In this document: in pieces, positions 1 through 11,095 of the stretch | How the letters are laid out: each line of letters begins with the position of its first letter | How positions within the stretch are numbered: position 1 is the first letter of the stretch | From: Rhizaria sp. SCN 62-66 | Lineage: Eukaryota | NCBI GenBank assembly: GCA_001724265.1 | Contig: MEDY01000220.1 | Coordinates: forward strand, 56,443-76,442 | Reading direction: 5' to 3' | DNA length: 20,000 bases | Made by a program: the position numbers and the translations under genes | The notes under the pieces: model-generated | Told to the model about the DNA's origin: nothing | Databases searched by the model: none | The model's input: only the letters and a program-made list of their open reading frames with translations

Positions 1-2
1 TC

Positions 3-3000
3 GCGGCCCGCCGTGCGCAGCGTGACCTAGAGGTCGCCGCGACGCTCCCACCGCCCCCGCCTCCCCCGCGCGCGCCGTATCTAGTGCCGAGCACGCTGCA
101 CGCGTGGCGCAGCGTGCTCGTCAGTGCTCGCGCAAGTAAAGCGTCACTGGCCAAGGTTTACACTGATGCTGACGATCGCTTAAGCAGTCGCATTTCTGCC
201 TTGTTGTCAATCTTTACTCCCCTCAGCAAGGGCATGAGCAGCATGAACCCCAAACTAGCCTCTAAGTCTCCGTCGCACAACCTCATCACATTGCCTCTTA
301 GCCCCACCAATCTCCGCCTGACTTCTTTGGCGATTGCTCTCTCTGTGACGCGTCTGCTACTCCGCACCATGGCTCGTGCTCATGTGTTTGCCCACACCGT
401 TGCGCTTGCACGCACGCGCATTCCTGTCCTGCCCGCGTACCTCTCGTCGGAGGCCGCTCGAACAGCACGCAGCAGTATGGAGAAAGAGCTGGCCCTGGAG
501 GCGCAGACCGCCGCCGCGACTCTCAGCATCGCGCGCGCGCCACTGGCGTACCGCTGCTTGTTTTCGCTTGCCGCAGCTGTTGTCGACAGCAAAGCGCGCG
601 AGTGTGGCTATGCTCTGCTGCCCGCGGTCGTGACTGCGCTGATGAGCGACAGCCCGCCAGCGACGCTTGTTGAAGCTGCTGCTGATGCCGCTGCTCTGGC
701 CGCTGTGATTTCTGACGCGACCAACGCGAACGCGACCGCTACAGGGATGAACGACAATGATAACGAAGAGAGTAGCATTGACGGGAGCCTCGAAAAGGCA
801 GATTTGAATGTGCGGGTCATCACCAAGGTTAATGCTGAGTTATGTGGTGTGAATGATTCGGAGGAGGGTCATAAGGACCCGTTTGCACCTTTGAACTCGT
901 CAATTCTTGCAAATCACGTCAATCCCAAGACCGCGTCCGCTTTAGCCGCTGTGGCTGTGGGCAGCGCACAGTCACCTATGCCTTCTGCAACCGCGACGAC
1001 CGCGACCGAGGACACAGAGTTCTCTCTGCAAATCTCTGAGTTAGCAGGAATGCCTGCGACGCTGCGGACGACTAATCTTGCCGCTTTGCCCCCGCATGAT
1101 TCGCCGCCGGAGCACGCTGTGTTGTCCGCGACGTTTGCGCCGGACAGTGTTGACGCTTCGCCTTCAACGCTTGCTGCGTTGCTGCACGTCCCGCCCCCGG
1201 CCGCCGTCGCAGACATGCGGCGGCGCGCGATTGCCTGGGCCAAAGACGTGCTGACGCTGCAGTTCCGCGCCTGCACCGGAAACCCTGCTGCGATGGCCAC
1301 TGCGGTCGCTGCGGTGCAATCGGCGCTCCGTTCGCCCGGCGTGATGGCGCGTTTCCTTCCGTTCGACTGTGCCGAGCGGTGCATCGATGTCGTTACGTCG
1401 TTGGTCGACTCCACGCGGCTCGGACTCATTGCGCTTAACGCTGCGGCAGTCGAAACATCGAAGCCACTGCTGAAGCTTGCGGGACGTGGTCGGCTCGCTG
1501 CAGAGGGTGTTGCCGCAGCAGCAGCGTCCAGGGCTCGTATCGAGGCTCAAGCCAAGGCGCGTGCTAAAGCAGCGTACAATGAAACTAAGGTTTTCGGTGT
1601 CACTCTGACTGGATTGATTGTCAATTCCAAATCTAAGCAAGCGGTGCGTACGGTTTCTGCAGCACAAATGACGCCAGAGCAACGTGTTTCAGTGGGGCTC
1701 CCTCTACTTCCTGCTGCAGTCGATGTCTCTGGCCGACCGGGCCACGTCACACCTGGAATCAAACAGAAGATGGCAGTTGCGCGCATGTCCTTCGTCAGCT
1801 CTCATCAAAACTCAGCAGCAGCGACTGCACAGGCAAATTCAATCTCGCGTGTTTTCCGTTCTGGCCCATGGCGCGTTCCCCACGCAGACCGGTACTCACT
1901 TCTTTTTGCGCGGGACTTGACTGTGAATGAGGCAACAGCAGCTGGATGGCGTGGTCGCTGTGACGCGGAGCGCGTCCGCGCAACTGCATCTGGTTTACTG
2001 AGAGCTGCGCGTGACGATGTCGGCGATAATGTTGGCATGAGGAGCATTGCCCGACTGTCGCACCGTGGACGCGTGCCATATCTTCTGGCTCTTGCCCTCG
2101 ATGCCGCAGACCGTGCCCGCGCGCGCTCACTTGCGATCGCAGCTCTACCTGCTGCTGCTGCTGCAGAACAAAGTCCTGCTTCGGCTGCAGCTGCCCTGTT
2201 AACGGCTGCGATTATCCCGTCACAGGCACTGCGGACGCTCCGTCGCGCGCTTGTCGCACTCACTCGCTCCAGTCGGCTTCTGTGGCGCCGCAGTCAACTT
2301 GACGCATGGGCGGCGCACCTGCGTGCGGGTGAGTGGGACAACGTCGTTTCTGCCCTCACAAGGCGTGGCATGCTTCCTGACAGTGTAAATAAAGCCTTGG
2401 CTGACTCGTCGCCTGCAATCATGGCTGGTCCGGAGCTTTTGCGCGCGCTTGTAGCTGCAAAGGCAACATCGGGCGGTTCCTCAGCTGCTGTTGTCACTAG
2501 CGTCGCTGCCGCAGTTGCCGCAGTGCAGCGCTTCTCGACGCAAGTGCGCGACCAGCGTTCTGCTATCAGCGAAGCATATGCTGCCGCCGTGAGTGATTTC
2601 ATTGCTGCAGCGGCCGACGCGACGGAGGAGCTTGTTGCCTTAGCAAACACGGACACTAGCTGTGTCAGCAGCTGTGCGCGCCACGGGCGCCACGCAAGCT
2701 CGCACCAAGACAGCGTGAACGCGTGTCACTGCCCACCGCAGCTTGTTGTGGCGTTGCAACTCGCGCGCGCGGTTGCAGCAATGACTGCAACACTGAAGGG
2801 AAGTATTGAAGCGCAGCGTCATTCGTCGCTTGCTGTTGACGCTTTGCTAGCCCGCGCAGGTTCAGCTCTGCATGACGCCCCTGCTGGCCTCATATCCGTT
2901 GGATCCCTGCCTGACCTGCCCACTGCCAATTCCGGTAAAGCCTTGACGCCCGCACTTGCAGCAGCCGCTGCTGCCCTGGACCAGCCTGCGCTGACGGATG

Positions 3001-6000
3001 CAGGTCTGATTCAAGGCGCTCCGCTGCTGCGTCGGCCTCGCGTTCGCGCAGCTGTGTTCGTTCTAGGTGCTGATAGCGCCAACGCGAACGTTTCACGTTC
3101 AAGCAACGGATGTGCAAAGAACGAAGGACTGGCGTTGGCAGGTGCGCTTATGGAGTCTGAGGCTGCAGCACGCCATACCGCGACTGCAGTTGTAAGTAAT
3201 TCACTTGGAACTGAGTATAACCTCGATGGCTCTGCTCTGAGGAGTCTTCTCGTTGCGTTTCCGTCAGCATTTACGACAGGTTCAGTGGCGAACTGCGCTC
3301 TTTCGGTCCCCGGCCTTTCGCTTCCGCTCACAATCGCACTGGCACGACTATTACGGCTCTGCCCCGGTGCACTGCACCTTGTTTTTAACCCCACACTTTC
3401 TCTGCAGTCGCACTTGGCTTCGCTCTTCACTGCGGTTACCGCTGCCGACGACGGTGAGGTTGCTTTTGCATGGGCTGAACTTACGCGTTCTCTTCCAGCC
3501 AGCGAGTGTTTCAATGAAGTGTCTGAGAGCTCTTCAGATGGCAAGCATAGTCAGCAAAATATGGGTGATGTGGCGCTACAGTCACTGCGACGTGCGTTGA
3601 ACGCCGTGTATGCCAGCAATACTAACAGTAGCACAAGCAAGCATGGTGTCACATTGGCTCAGCTTTTTCCCGCAGGCATCCTCTACGCACTTGCCCGTCA
3701 TACGCAGCTCTCACTTGCTGTTGCAGGACGCACACTCTGGCTCCCACAAGCTGCTTGGTTACTTTGTGGCCCCTCACACCCTCTGTCGCCTGTAAGCACA
3801 AGCAAACGTGTTGACAGCTCTGCTTCAAATCTTGGCATGCAAATTGCAAGCGAACGCGCTGCGTTTCTTTGCTCTATTATGCAGTCATCGTCTCTTGCAA
3901 TTGTCGTACATGCTGGCGCCGACCTGCGTCCCCGCTCAACTGCGATGAAGGAGTTGCAAGAGCGGCTGCTGCTCGCTGCCACTGTCGGAATCGACACGCT
4001 GATTGTCGCAATCACCGGTTTGTGGACCTCGCGCGACGGCTTCTCTGCCTCCCGCTTTGCCACTGCTCGCGCTGCCCTCACTGCTGGCGTCCTCAAGGAC
4101 GCAGGTTTCGGCTCTGCCGCTCTGCCTGCTCAAACTCCAGCGTCTCTTGGCGCTTCCTCAGTTCGGTCATCGGCATCACGTGGTGTCGGATCTGGCAACA
4201 GTCGGTCAACGTCCGAAGCTAACGCCGAAGGCGCGGCGGAAGCTGCAGCCAGGGCGCTGGATGCCCCACCAAGTTCGTTCGATACTATTTCATCGACGCC
4301 TACAGTGATCTTCATCCCTCTTGCGGCGGACGCTGATGTGGCTGGTGCGACGGCACGCATTGGTGCAATGACGGTCCCGCCGCACCCAGCTTTGCTTGCA
4401 GCATCGACATCTGCTGCGGCAGCTCTGGCGAACGCGAGTAAGCGCGGGAAGCATGGTGGTGATAATAATAGTAATCACTCGAAGGCTCTTACTTTGGGCC
4501 AGTGGCTGACAACTGATGGCCTGCCCTCAAGTATCTTGCTCGAGAAGATCACAAGTGCGAGCACCCTCACTGGCAGTGGGGACGCAACGGTGTCTGCAAC
4601 ATCAGCCAGTGATATTGCGACTGCGTATGGTAGTGTTGTAAGCGCTGCGGGTGTGCGTGTGGGTCCTTTATCTATTACGCCGGTCAACAACAACGAGAAA
4701 GCTATGTCTGACGCGAGTTCGGCGTCGAGTGGTGCATGTGACTCTGCACTGTGGGCGCGTGCATACCCGTCGCTTCCTGCTGCTCTTGCGCTTACCACAC
4801 CTCATGCGCGTTCTCGTCTCACTGACACAGCGCTGATGTCGCGCCCCGTGTCTTTGCTTGTCTCGTGGGTTTCTGAACCTATTGTGTCCTTATCGACCTC
4901 ACGCACGGCAAATGACACAGGATCGAACCTTGAACCAAGTTGCCGTTCGGGTGATGGTCTGTGGTTTGCGCCCGGCACTGCGAGTACGCATGTGCTTAAC
5001 TCCGGCACTCGCGAAGTCATCAATAGCTCGAACGTCGCAAACACCGAACCACTGATGGCCCGAAAGGCATCCCACTCATGGGGCTCTATCGGAGCTCAAG
5101 AGGAGGGTGACGGTGATTGGGGAGACTGGTGTCCTGCTGTTCCTCGTAACGGTGGCATCACTGACGTGTCGTCGCTTCTGCCACAGCTCCCCGGCTCAAG
5201 CTCGACTAGTAAGGGCAAGTCTGACACTCTTTCGAAACAGGACGACCGTGCTACGGCTGATTCTCCGAATAAGGGTCACACTGCCGTGTTTTCTCGACAC
5301 GCAGTTATTACCTACACTGTACGCGCGCGAGTGATCACTGGTTTGCTTCCCACGAACGCTCTTTCTCCTGCTGCGCTAGTGCACGCAGCTGAGGGAGGTA
5401 AAGTCAGCGCCGCCCAGCTAGCTCTTGCTGCGACGACTGCTGCTGCTTTGGCCCAAGGGCCATTGCTTGCGGCTGCTGTGCCTGCGCAGTCTCCTGACGG
5501 TTTAGCGTCTGTCATCAGGCACTTCACCCGCCGCGCCACCGCCCTCAGCTCTGACACAGTCAAAAACTCTCACGCTTCCAATGACGGCAAGACGAACAGC
5601 AATTCAGTGGAGTTCTTACCGTCATTGCCAGCGATGCCCTTTCCAGTCCAAGTATCTTTTCCTCGCTTCCGTGACAACGTAGCTGACTCTTCACGTTTCC
5701 CCGAGCTTGCACCTCTCATCACAGAGACACGCAATGCAGCGTTACGTGCGGGGATGACCCCTGCTTCAAGTGCCACTCTTGCGACCCGAACTGCGACGTC
5801 CCGCAATGTTTCCGATTTCGAGTTAATGGACCTCGACCACCCAGCGTTCTCTGCTGGTGGCGCTGCAGCCGCAGCACGACACTTACAGGGCCCTGTTCCC
5901 GTCGCTGACTACCACCACGGCAAGTCAAGTGCTAGTGGCGGTCGTGGTGACACGACTTCGGTCAACGATGCTCTTGACGAGACGGGCGATGCTGCGTGCG

Positions 6001-7709
6001 ACTCCGCGCTTTTCGCAGCGCCTGGAGACGATGTTTACGTGACGGTCACTGTTGATGCCGGAGCAGTCGGAGCATTGCTAGAGACTGTCGCTGTTGAATC
6101 AGCTGCACATGATGCAACTGCCAGCGCTGCTGCTGCGACACTGCTGCAAGACTTGGATCCGTCCGACCCGGTTGCAGCGGCTCTGATTCGTTTATCAACT
6201 GCCTCTGCGGTTGCTGCTGACGCTCTTGCATCAGACGGCGCCTCAGTTGCCTCTGGCGACGCAACAGTGGCGAGAGCGCGCGTTGCAGCGAGCGGGGAAG
6301 CGGGTGACTATGCGGCTGCTGTCCTTGCTATTCTGTCTGCGATGCACTCTCCCGAGGGTTGTGCACATGTCCTCTCGAGGAACAGCAATACCGGTGGTTG
6401 CAGTAGCCTCTTTGACGTCAGCATTCGTCCGGGCCACGTTCTGGTGGCACCATCTACTGTCACTGTCGCTGAGGAGACCCGCGACGCGACGGCTAAGTTA
6501 ATCGACACTCTTGCAGGTGGAAAGGCAGGAACCGCGCCGGTTTCTGCTTTTGCTGCCGCAGGCTCCATCGCTGCTGCGCGTGGCAAGCGTCAACAGCCGT
6601 CAGCTGCAGTCGAGCGCGCTGCTGCTCTCTTATCTTCGATGTCTCTGTCGCGCGCGCTAGCTGTACAGAACCCCGCTGTTCGTGGTCTGGCCCCTTTGCC
6701 GCTGCGGTTGGCACGCGTCGTGCAGGTCCTCGTTTCGCCGTGGTCACTTCATCCTGATGTGAATCACAGCAGTCCAGTCACACTTAGCCGGATGTATGGA
6801 GTTGGGAAGAGAGCTTTTTTTGTTCCTATGCGCAGTCTCTCTGCTTGTGACAACGATGCGGAGGATCCACTGTGCACGCTGCTTGGCTTAACGCGTCCTC
6901 GGATCATCATCAACGACAGTGCTCTTGACGAAAACGCCAAGAGTGCTTCCAACATGTGCGCAGCAGGAACGCTTGGAGCTGACCCGCTCCTGACAACCAA
7001 CGATAACATGTGCCTAACTTTGCTCTCTGACTGTGAGCAATGCCAGACTCGCGCTACTGCAACTAGCAAATCCTCACTCACAGTCAAGCAATGGTTGCAA
7101 CAATCCGGTGCAATTCCCTTCACTGTTGAAAAATCTGGGGCCTATGTAAAGCCTGGCGACTTCAGTCCTGCTAAGGTCCTCAATGCAGCATCGGAGTCAG
7201 AGTCGCTTCGTCTGTGTCGTATTGCGTTCGATCCAGTGTATGGTCCCGTTACATCCTGTCGTTTTTGCTCGCCATCAACAGCTCACGAATCGAGCGAGGA
7301 CTCGGTCGAGGACACTGGTGTGATTACCTCGAGTGATCTGAATGGTTCTGATCGTGGTGATATGAGTTCAGCTCTGACTCTTGCTGCGAGTGGGAAAGAA
7401 CGGCATTCCTGGGGACGGACATTGCCGTGGCTGGTTGAGGATGGTATTAGGAGTGCAGATGTTGCAGCCGACGCTGCTGCAGCTACTGCAGCGGCATCTA
7501 CTATTCCAGGCCGTGATGGTGAGATCGAGTACCATGTCAATAGCGATCTACTGTCGTCGATTTCCTGCTTACGTACTGCGCTAGCACCTGGTGCTCAGTT
7601 GTTGAACTCGTTTGTGTGGGTGCGTTTAGAGCGAGGTGACGGCAGTTTGATGAAGATTCGGGTTTGTGGTGTGGGTCGTGTCGTGCAGATTCTTCAGGCT
7701 GTCGACTAA
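3..7709 (+). CDS. Very large Ala-rich hypothetical protein, 5'-truncated by the window edge (>2568 aa)
   Basis: Frame is open from base 3 (AARRAQRDLEVAATLPPPPPPPRAPYLVPSTLHAW...), so the GTG at 84 used by the ORF track is not the true start. No internal stop of any kind over 7.7 kb. Ends TAA at 7707-7709, followed by an abrupt switch to AT-rich sequence. No domain confidently recognised. Confidence 0.85.
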   Translation, partial: AARRAQRDLEVAATLPPPPPPPRAPYLVPSTLHAWRSVLVSARASKASLAKVYTDADDRLSSRISALLSIFTPLSKGMSSMNPKLASKSPSHNLITLPLSPTNLRLTSLAIALSVTRLLLRTMARAHVFAHTVALARTRIPVLPAYLSSEAARTARSSMEKELALEAQTAAATLSIARAPLAYRCLFSLAAAVVDSKARECGYALLPAVVTALMSDSPPATLVEAAADAAALAAVISDATNANATATGMNDNDNEESSIDGSLEKADLNVRVITKVNAELCGVNDSEEGHKDPFAPLNSSILANHVNPKTASALAAVAVGSAQSPMPSATATTATEDTEFSLQISELAGMPATLRTTNLAALPPHDSPPEHAVLSATFAPDSVDASPSTLAALLHVPPPAAVADMRRRAIAWAKDVLTLQFRACTGNPAAMATAVAAVQSALRSPGVMARFLPFDCAERCIDVVTSLVDSTRLGLIALNAAAVETSKPLLKLAGRGRLAAEGVAAAAASRARIEAQAKARAKAAYNETKVFGVTLTGLIVNSKSKQAVRTVSAAQMTPEQRVSVGLPLLPAAVDVSGRPGHVTPGIKQKMAVARMSFVSSHQNSAAATAQANSISRVFRSGPWRVPHADRYSLLFARDLTVNEATAAGWRGRCDAERVRATASGLLRAARDDVGDNVGMRSIARLSHRGRVPYLLALALDAADRARARSLAIAALPAAAAAEQSPASAAAALLTAAIIPSQALRTLRRALVALTRSSRLLWRRSQLDAWAAHLRAGEWDNVVSALTRRGMLPDSVNKALADSSPAIMAGPELLRALVAAKATSGGSSAAVVTSVAAAVAAVQRFSTQVRDQRSAISEAYAAAVSDFIAAAADATEELVALANTDTSCVSSCARHGRHASSHQDSVNACHCPPQLVVALQLARAVAAMTATLKGSIEAQRHSSLAVDALLARAGSALHDAPAGLISVGSLPDLPTANSGKALTPALAAAAAALDQPALTDAGLIQGAPLLRRPRVRAAVFVLGADSANANVSRSSNGCAKNEGLALAGALMESEAAARHTATAVVSNSLGTEYNLDGSALRSLLVAFPSAFTTGSVANCALSVPGLSLPLTIALARLLRLCPGALHLVFNPTLSLQSHLASLFTAVTAADDGEVAFAWAELTRSLPASECFNEVSESSSDGKHSQQNMGDVALQSLRRALNAVYASNTNSSTSKHGVTLAQLFPAGILYALARHTQLSLAVAGRTLWLPQAAWLLCGPSHPLSPVSTSKRVDSSASNLGMQIASERAAFLCSIMQSSSLAIVVHAGADLRPRSTAMKELQERLLLAATVGIDTLIVAITGLWTSRDGFSASRFATARAALTAGVLKDAGFGSAALPAQTPASLGASSVRSSASRGVGSGNSRSTSEANAEGAAEAAARALDAPPSSFDTISSTPTVIFIPLAADADVAGATARIGAMTVPPHPALLAASTSAAAALANASKRGKHGGDNNSNHSKALTLGQWLTTDGLPSSILLEKITSASTLTGSGDATVSATSASDIATAYGSVVSAAGVRVGPLSITPVNNNEKAMSDASSASSGACDSALWARAYPSLPAALALTTPHARSRLTDTALMSRPVSLLVSWVSEPIVSLSTSRTANDTGSNLEPSCRSGDGLWFAPGTASTHVLNSGTREVINSSNVANTEPLMARKASHSWGSIGAQEEGDGDWGDWCPAVPRNGGITDVSSLLPQLPGSSSTSKGKSDTLSKQDDRATADSPNKGHTAVFSRHAVITYTVRARVITGLLPTNALSPAALVHAAEGGKVSAAQLALAATTAAALAQGPLLAAAVPAQSPDGLASVIRHFTRRATALSSDTVKNSHASNDGKTNSNSVEFLPSLPAMPFPVQVSFPRFRDNVADSSRFPELAPLITETRNAALRAGMTPASSATLATRTATSRNVSDFELMDLDHPAFSAGGAAAAARHLQGPVPVADYHHGKSSASGGRGDTTSVNDALDETGDAACDSALFAAPGDDVYVTVTVDAGAVGALLETVAVESAAHDATASAAAATLLQDLDPSDPVAAALIRLSTASAVAADALASDGASVASGDATVARARVAASGEAGDYAAAVLAILSAMHSPEGCAHVLSRNSNTGGCSSLFDVSIRPGHVLVAPSTVTVAEETRDATAKLIDTLAGGKAGTAPVSAFAAAGSIAAARGKRQQPSAAVERAAALLSSMSLSRALAVQNPAVRGLAPLPLRLARVVQVLVSPWSLHPDVNHSSPVTLSRMYGVGKRAFFVPMRSLSACDNDAEDPLCTLLGLTRPRIIINDSALDENAKSASNMCAAGTLGADPLLTTNDNMCLTLLSDCEQCQTRATATSKSSLTVKQWLQQSGAIPFTVEKSGAYVKPGDFSPAKVLNAASESESLRLCRIAFDPVYGPVTSCRFCSPSTAHESSEDSVEDTGVITSSDLNGSDRGDMSSALTLAASGKERHSWGRTLPWLVEDGIRSADVAADAAAATAAASTIPGRDGEIEYHVNSDLLSSISCLRTALAPGAQLLNSFVWVRLERGDGSLMKIRVCGVGRVVQILQAVD

Positions 7710-7858
7710 ATTATCGAACATTCAAGTTATTACGGATCAATCGACGCTCAATAATATCATCTCTATTCGTATATTTATGTAAATAAAAAAGCTATGTAGT
7801 TTTAATTCACAGCTATGTAACGTATTCTTCAGTCAACCTCACTCAAACAAAATTAAAG
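7710..7858. terminator. AT-rich 149-bp spacer between convergent genes (shared 3' UTR/polyadenylation region)
   Basis: Lies between TAA (7707-7709, +) and TGA (7861-7859, -). AATAAA at 7782-7787. AGCTATGTA occurs twice (7790 and 7811). Function inferred from position. Confidence 0.45.
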
Positions 7859-10800
7859 TCATGCAGGAGAAGTGCCGCGTGAATGTGAAGGATCACGCGA
7901 CTGAGGGCGCGACCTCGGCAACGACTGTGGAATATCAAGCGCTGTAAGAACTCTACTGCGCGCCAACACTGCATCAGCTTCTGTCAAAGAATGGACGCGT
8001 GGCGCTGCACGACTACGCACGTTTCGGCCGAGGGCGTATTCGACACTAGTCGCGTTCGTGAGAGAATCATTTCCATGCGCATAAACACCACTGTCATTTA
8101 GTGCAGTTGTATCTACGCTAGATGAATGAAGTAGAGTTGTGTTCACGCTCGTGTCTAAAACAGGATTATACACGGAATTGCTCATCAACACCTGGTCATG
8201 TCCATGATCTGCGAAGGTGTCTGTGATAGGCTTGCTCCGAGAACCCTTTCGAGGCGCAATTGCGGCCACAGCAGCTTGTGTAAGCGCTGATCGGGCCGCA
8301 CTCGCAACGCTCGCGGCAGCCCACTGGGTTGCGATCATACCCACCGGCTTTACAGCCGCAGTGCCGTGTTCTGTACTGCAGTAACCACTGACGGTAGTGG
8401 TGCCCGAGCAAGTTAAGCTGCCAATATTGTGACAGGAGGGAGTCAAAGAAAATTGATGCGACTTTAGCGCTACGGCATTTATAGCAGCGCGACCATTGCT
8501 TAATGCCGATTGAGCAATTACCTGATATGCAGCTGCAGCTGCAAACGTTGCTCGTCCCACTTCACCGTCGCTTGCAAGTGCCGCAGCTACGGCGCCACCA
8601 GCAGTCAGTGCCGCCACCCCGCGTGCGTGCGCGGTGTCCAACGCTGTCACTGTAACTTGATGAGCAAGCCTAAATCGCCGCAAGGAGAGAGCCGCTGCCT
8701 CGAGCGCGCGTGCACCACGCGCAGCCGCCGCGGCCGCGCGCCAACCGCGGATACCGCTCCGCCTGAGTGCGCGCAAGCGTGTCGCATCAGCAACTTGCTC
8801 GGCGGCCCTCTGCGCAGCGGATTCATGGTGTGCGTTTCGCCAGCTACGCAGCGTCCGCTGCAGTAACATGCGCACGCTCATATACTCAGCCGCCGCGCGC
8901 TGGTGGGCAAGCGCTGACATAGGGTCGATGACGGTATGGTGCCACCGAAGTAAGAGTGCACGCGTTTGAGCTTTGTCGTAGTGAGCGACTGCTAACTGCC
9001 ATTGTGCGCGCGCGCGGCCGGCATCTGCAGTCGCGGCGACCCAAGCGCGCAGCACCGGCCGCATGCGCGCGCGTTGGATTGTTGCGACGGCAGGTGCCAC
9101 CCGCAGCCACCATGCGCGCCGCTGCGCAGCTGCGAGCGACGCGGTCTCGCGCCAAGCTGTGAACACACACCGCTGCGCGCGGGCAACGCGGTGGGAGTGC
9201 GCGCGCTCCAGCCCAGCCTATTCACGACGGCGATCAGACAACGCCGTGCGCCAGTGATGCCACGTTGCGACCCGGAGGCGGTGTGCACGAGCCAGGATGA
9301 CCTTGGCTGCAGCAACACGGCGGGCGCGGATAATTCTGGTTACCGATGCCCATGCAGTGAGCAACCGACGACGACGCGCGTCAACAAGCGCCTTCGGTGC
9401 ATTAGCAGCGGTCATTAAAGCATGCTCACGGCCATGGGTAGTTTTTACTGCATCCTTAAGAGCATCAAGCCCACGCGAGATTGCAAGGGCGCGCAAAACG
9501 AAGCCGGCAAGACGAGCAGCCTCGCGCGCGCGCTTGCGCCGAGCTAATTCGAGTGCCCACAACCGCACTGCGCGGCGCATGCGCGTTGCAATAGCAAACA
9601 CCACCTCGCCGCGGCTCCGCGCGCGTTCCTTTGCATACGCGCGTAGGCGGTGTACAGCCCGACGCAACGCGCGTCTCGGTGCCCCAGCTGCGTGTGCAGT
9701 CGCAGCGGCTGAGATGTTGCGGTGCACAATACGCTGCTTTGCATACGCGCGGAGAGTTGCAAGAGCGGGCCGAGCACGAGCTGTCAGTGCTGCAGACCGT
9801 GTGTGGCCGGCGCGAATGCGTGCTCTGACTTTGCGAGTGGCGTTTTGCTTCAGCGCAAACACAACGCGAGAGAGAGCCCCTGCGCGCCAGTGTTCGTGAG
9901 CGATCTCGGCGAATTGGCGGCGGACGCGCAGCACGCCGACACGCAGCGTCCAGCGCTTGAGCACGCTCTGCACGCGCGCCACGAGCGCTGCCTGTGCAGC
10001 GTCTCGGCCCCACGCTTGAGCCGCAGTGTGGCTGCGCAGTGCAGCGACGGCGGCGCGCTTGGCCGTCACCTGGCGGTGCGCCAGCGCCCTGCGCGCGCGA
10101 CCCGCCTCAGCGGCAGCGGCAGGGTCGTAACGGGGGTCCCGCGGGTCGCTCAGTGCGCGCCAAAGCGCCCACGCGGCGGCCGCCTTGCCGGCCAAGAGTA
10201 CTGCGCCCGCCCGCAGCGCCAGCTCGCGCGCGGCCGCGAGCAGCCTCGCGCGGCGCCGCCAGTTCGCAAAGGCCTCGGTCAGCGCGGCCGCGCGGGAGCG
10301 GGCGGCAATGCGGGCACCCAGCAGCCGCAGCGCGCGGGACCGCGGCGTGTACTCGAAGCGCCAGGCGCGGAACACGCGGCGCAGCAGTCCGTCGGCGCGC
10401 GCGGCGGCGTGGCTAGCGCGAAGGCCGCGGACCGCCGACTGCAGTCGCACCGTCTCGCGCCAGTGCTTCATAACGCCACGTAGCCGCACGCGAGCCGCCG
10501 CTGTTGTAGCAGCTGACACAGTGTCACGTGCAACAGTGCGCGCACGAGCCCACGGGCGCCAGTGTGAGAGAACACGGATGACAGCGTTTTTATGCGCGCG
10601 TTTCTTGTGCGCGACAGAAGCAGCAACGACATATCGCCATGATTGCATCGCAAACGCTAGCGCATGCCGGCGCCGCATTTGCTGCAAAGGCCGCTCACGT
10701 TTCGTTGAGGCCGCGTTCTACTGAAGCGCGGCAAGCGCAAGAGCAGCGGCGCGACGACGGCGATAACCGTTGGCAATGATGCTCGACTGCCAGCGAAAGC

Positions 10801-11095
10801 GCCGTTCGTCGACACGGTCCTTCAGCGCTGCAAGACCGCGCTCGATACCACGGCGCTTGTGTAGCGCCGCCCCGCGGGCAACAAGTAAACGGTCTTGCAG
10901 TTCATCCTGCCAGCGGCCGAGGTACTACGACACCAAAGCGGTTTGGCGCCCAGGAGTGTCGCGCGCTGAGGGCAGAAGCGAGAGACCTGAAGGAAGGCCC
11001 GCTGAAAGTGAATCTAAAGCTAGCGGGGGCACGTGATTCGTACTACCTTGTGGGGTGGCGCTGGGAGAACTGTCACCTCTTGGAGGCACGTCCAT
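7859..11095 (-). CDS. Sfi1-like centrin-binding repeat protein (about 1078 aa when three in-frame TAGs are read as sense)
   Basis: ATG at 11095-11093 (MDVPPRGDSSPSATPQG...), with an in-frame TGA upstream at 11134-11132. Single frame to TGA 7861-7859, with internal TAG only at 10927-10925, 10720-10718 and 9220-9218. Arg/Ala-rich helical repeats with (F/L/M)xxW[R/K] motifs: VLSHWR, VMKHWR, VFRAWR, AFANWR, AWALWR, with Trp spaced 33,33,34,33 aa. This is the hallmark of Sfi1 repeats. Joins track ORFs 9218..10687 and 7859..9166. Confidence 0.8.

Noticed and set aside
3-600. Faint resemblance of the orphan's first 200 residues to dynein heavy chain post-AAA5 helices
   Set aside because: Only a vague hydrophobic pattern; no Walker or other diagnostic dynein motifs seen in the window.
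8886-11036. Long antisense and alternate-frame ORFs over the Sfi1-like gene (e.g. 9297..9899, 9722..10483, 10185..10724) and similar ones over the other genes
   Set aside because: Shadow ORFs expected from high GC and Ala/Arg codon bias; no recognisable motifs.
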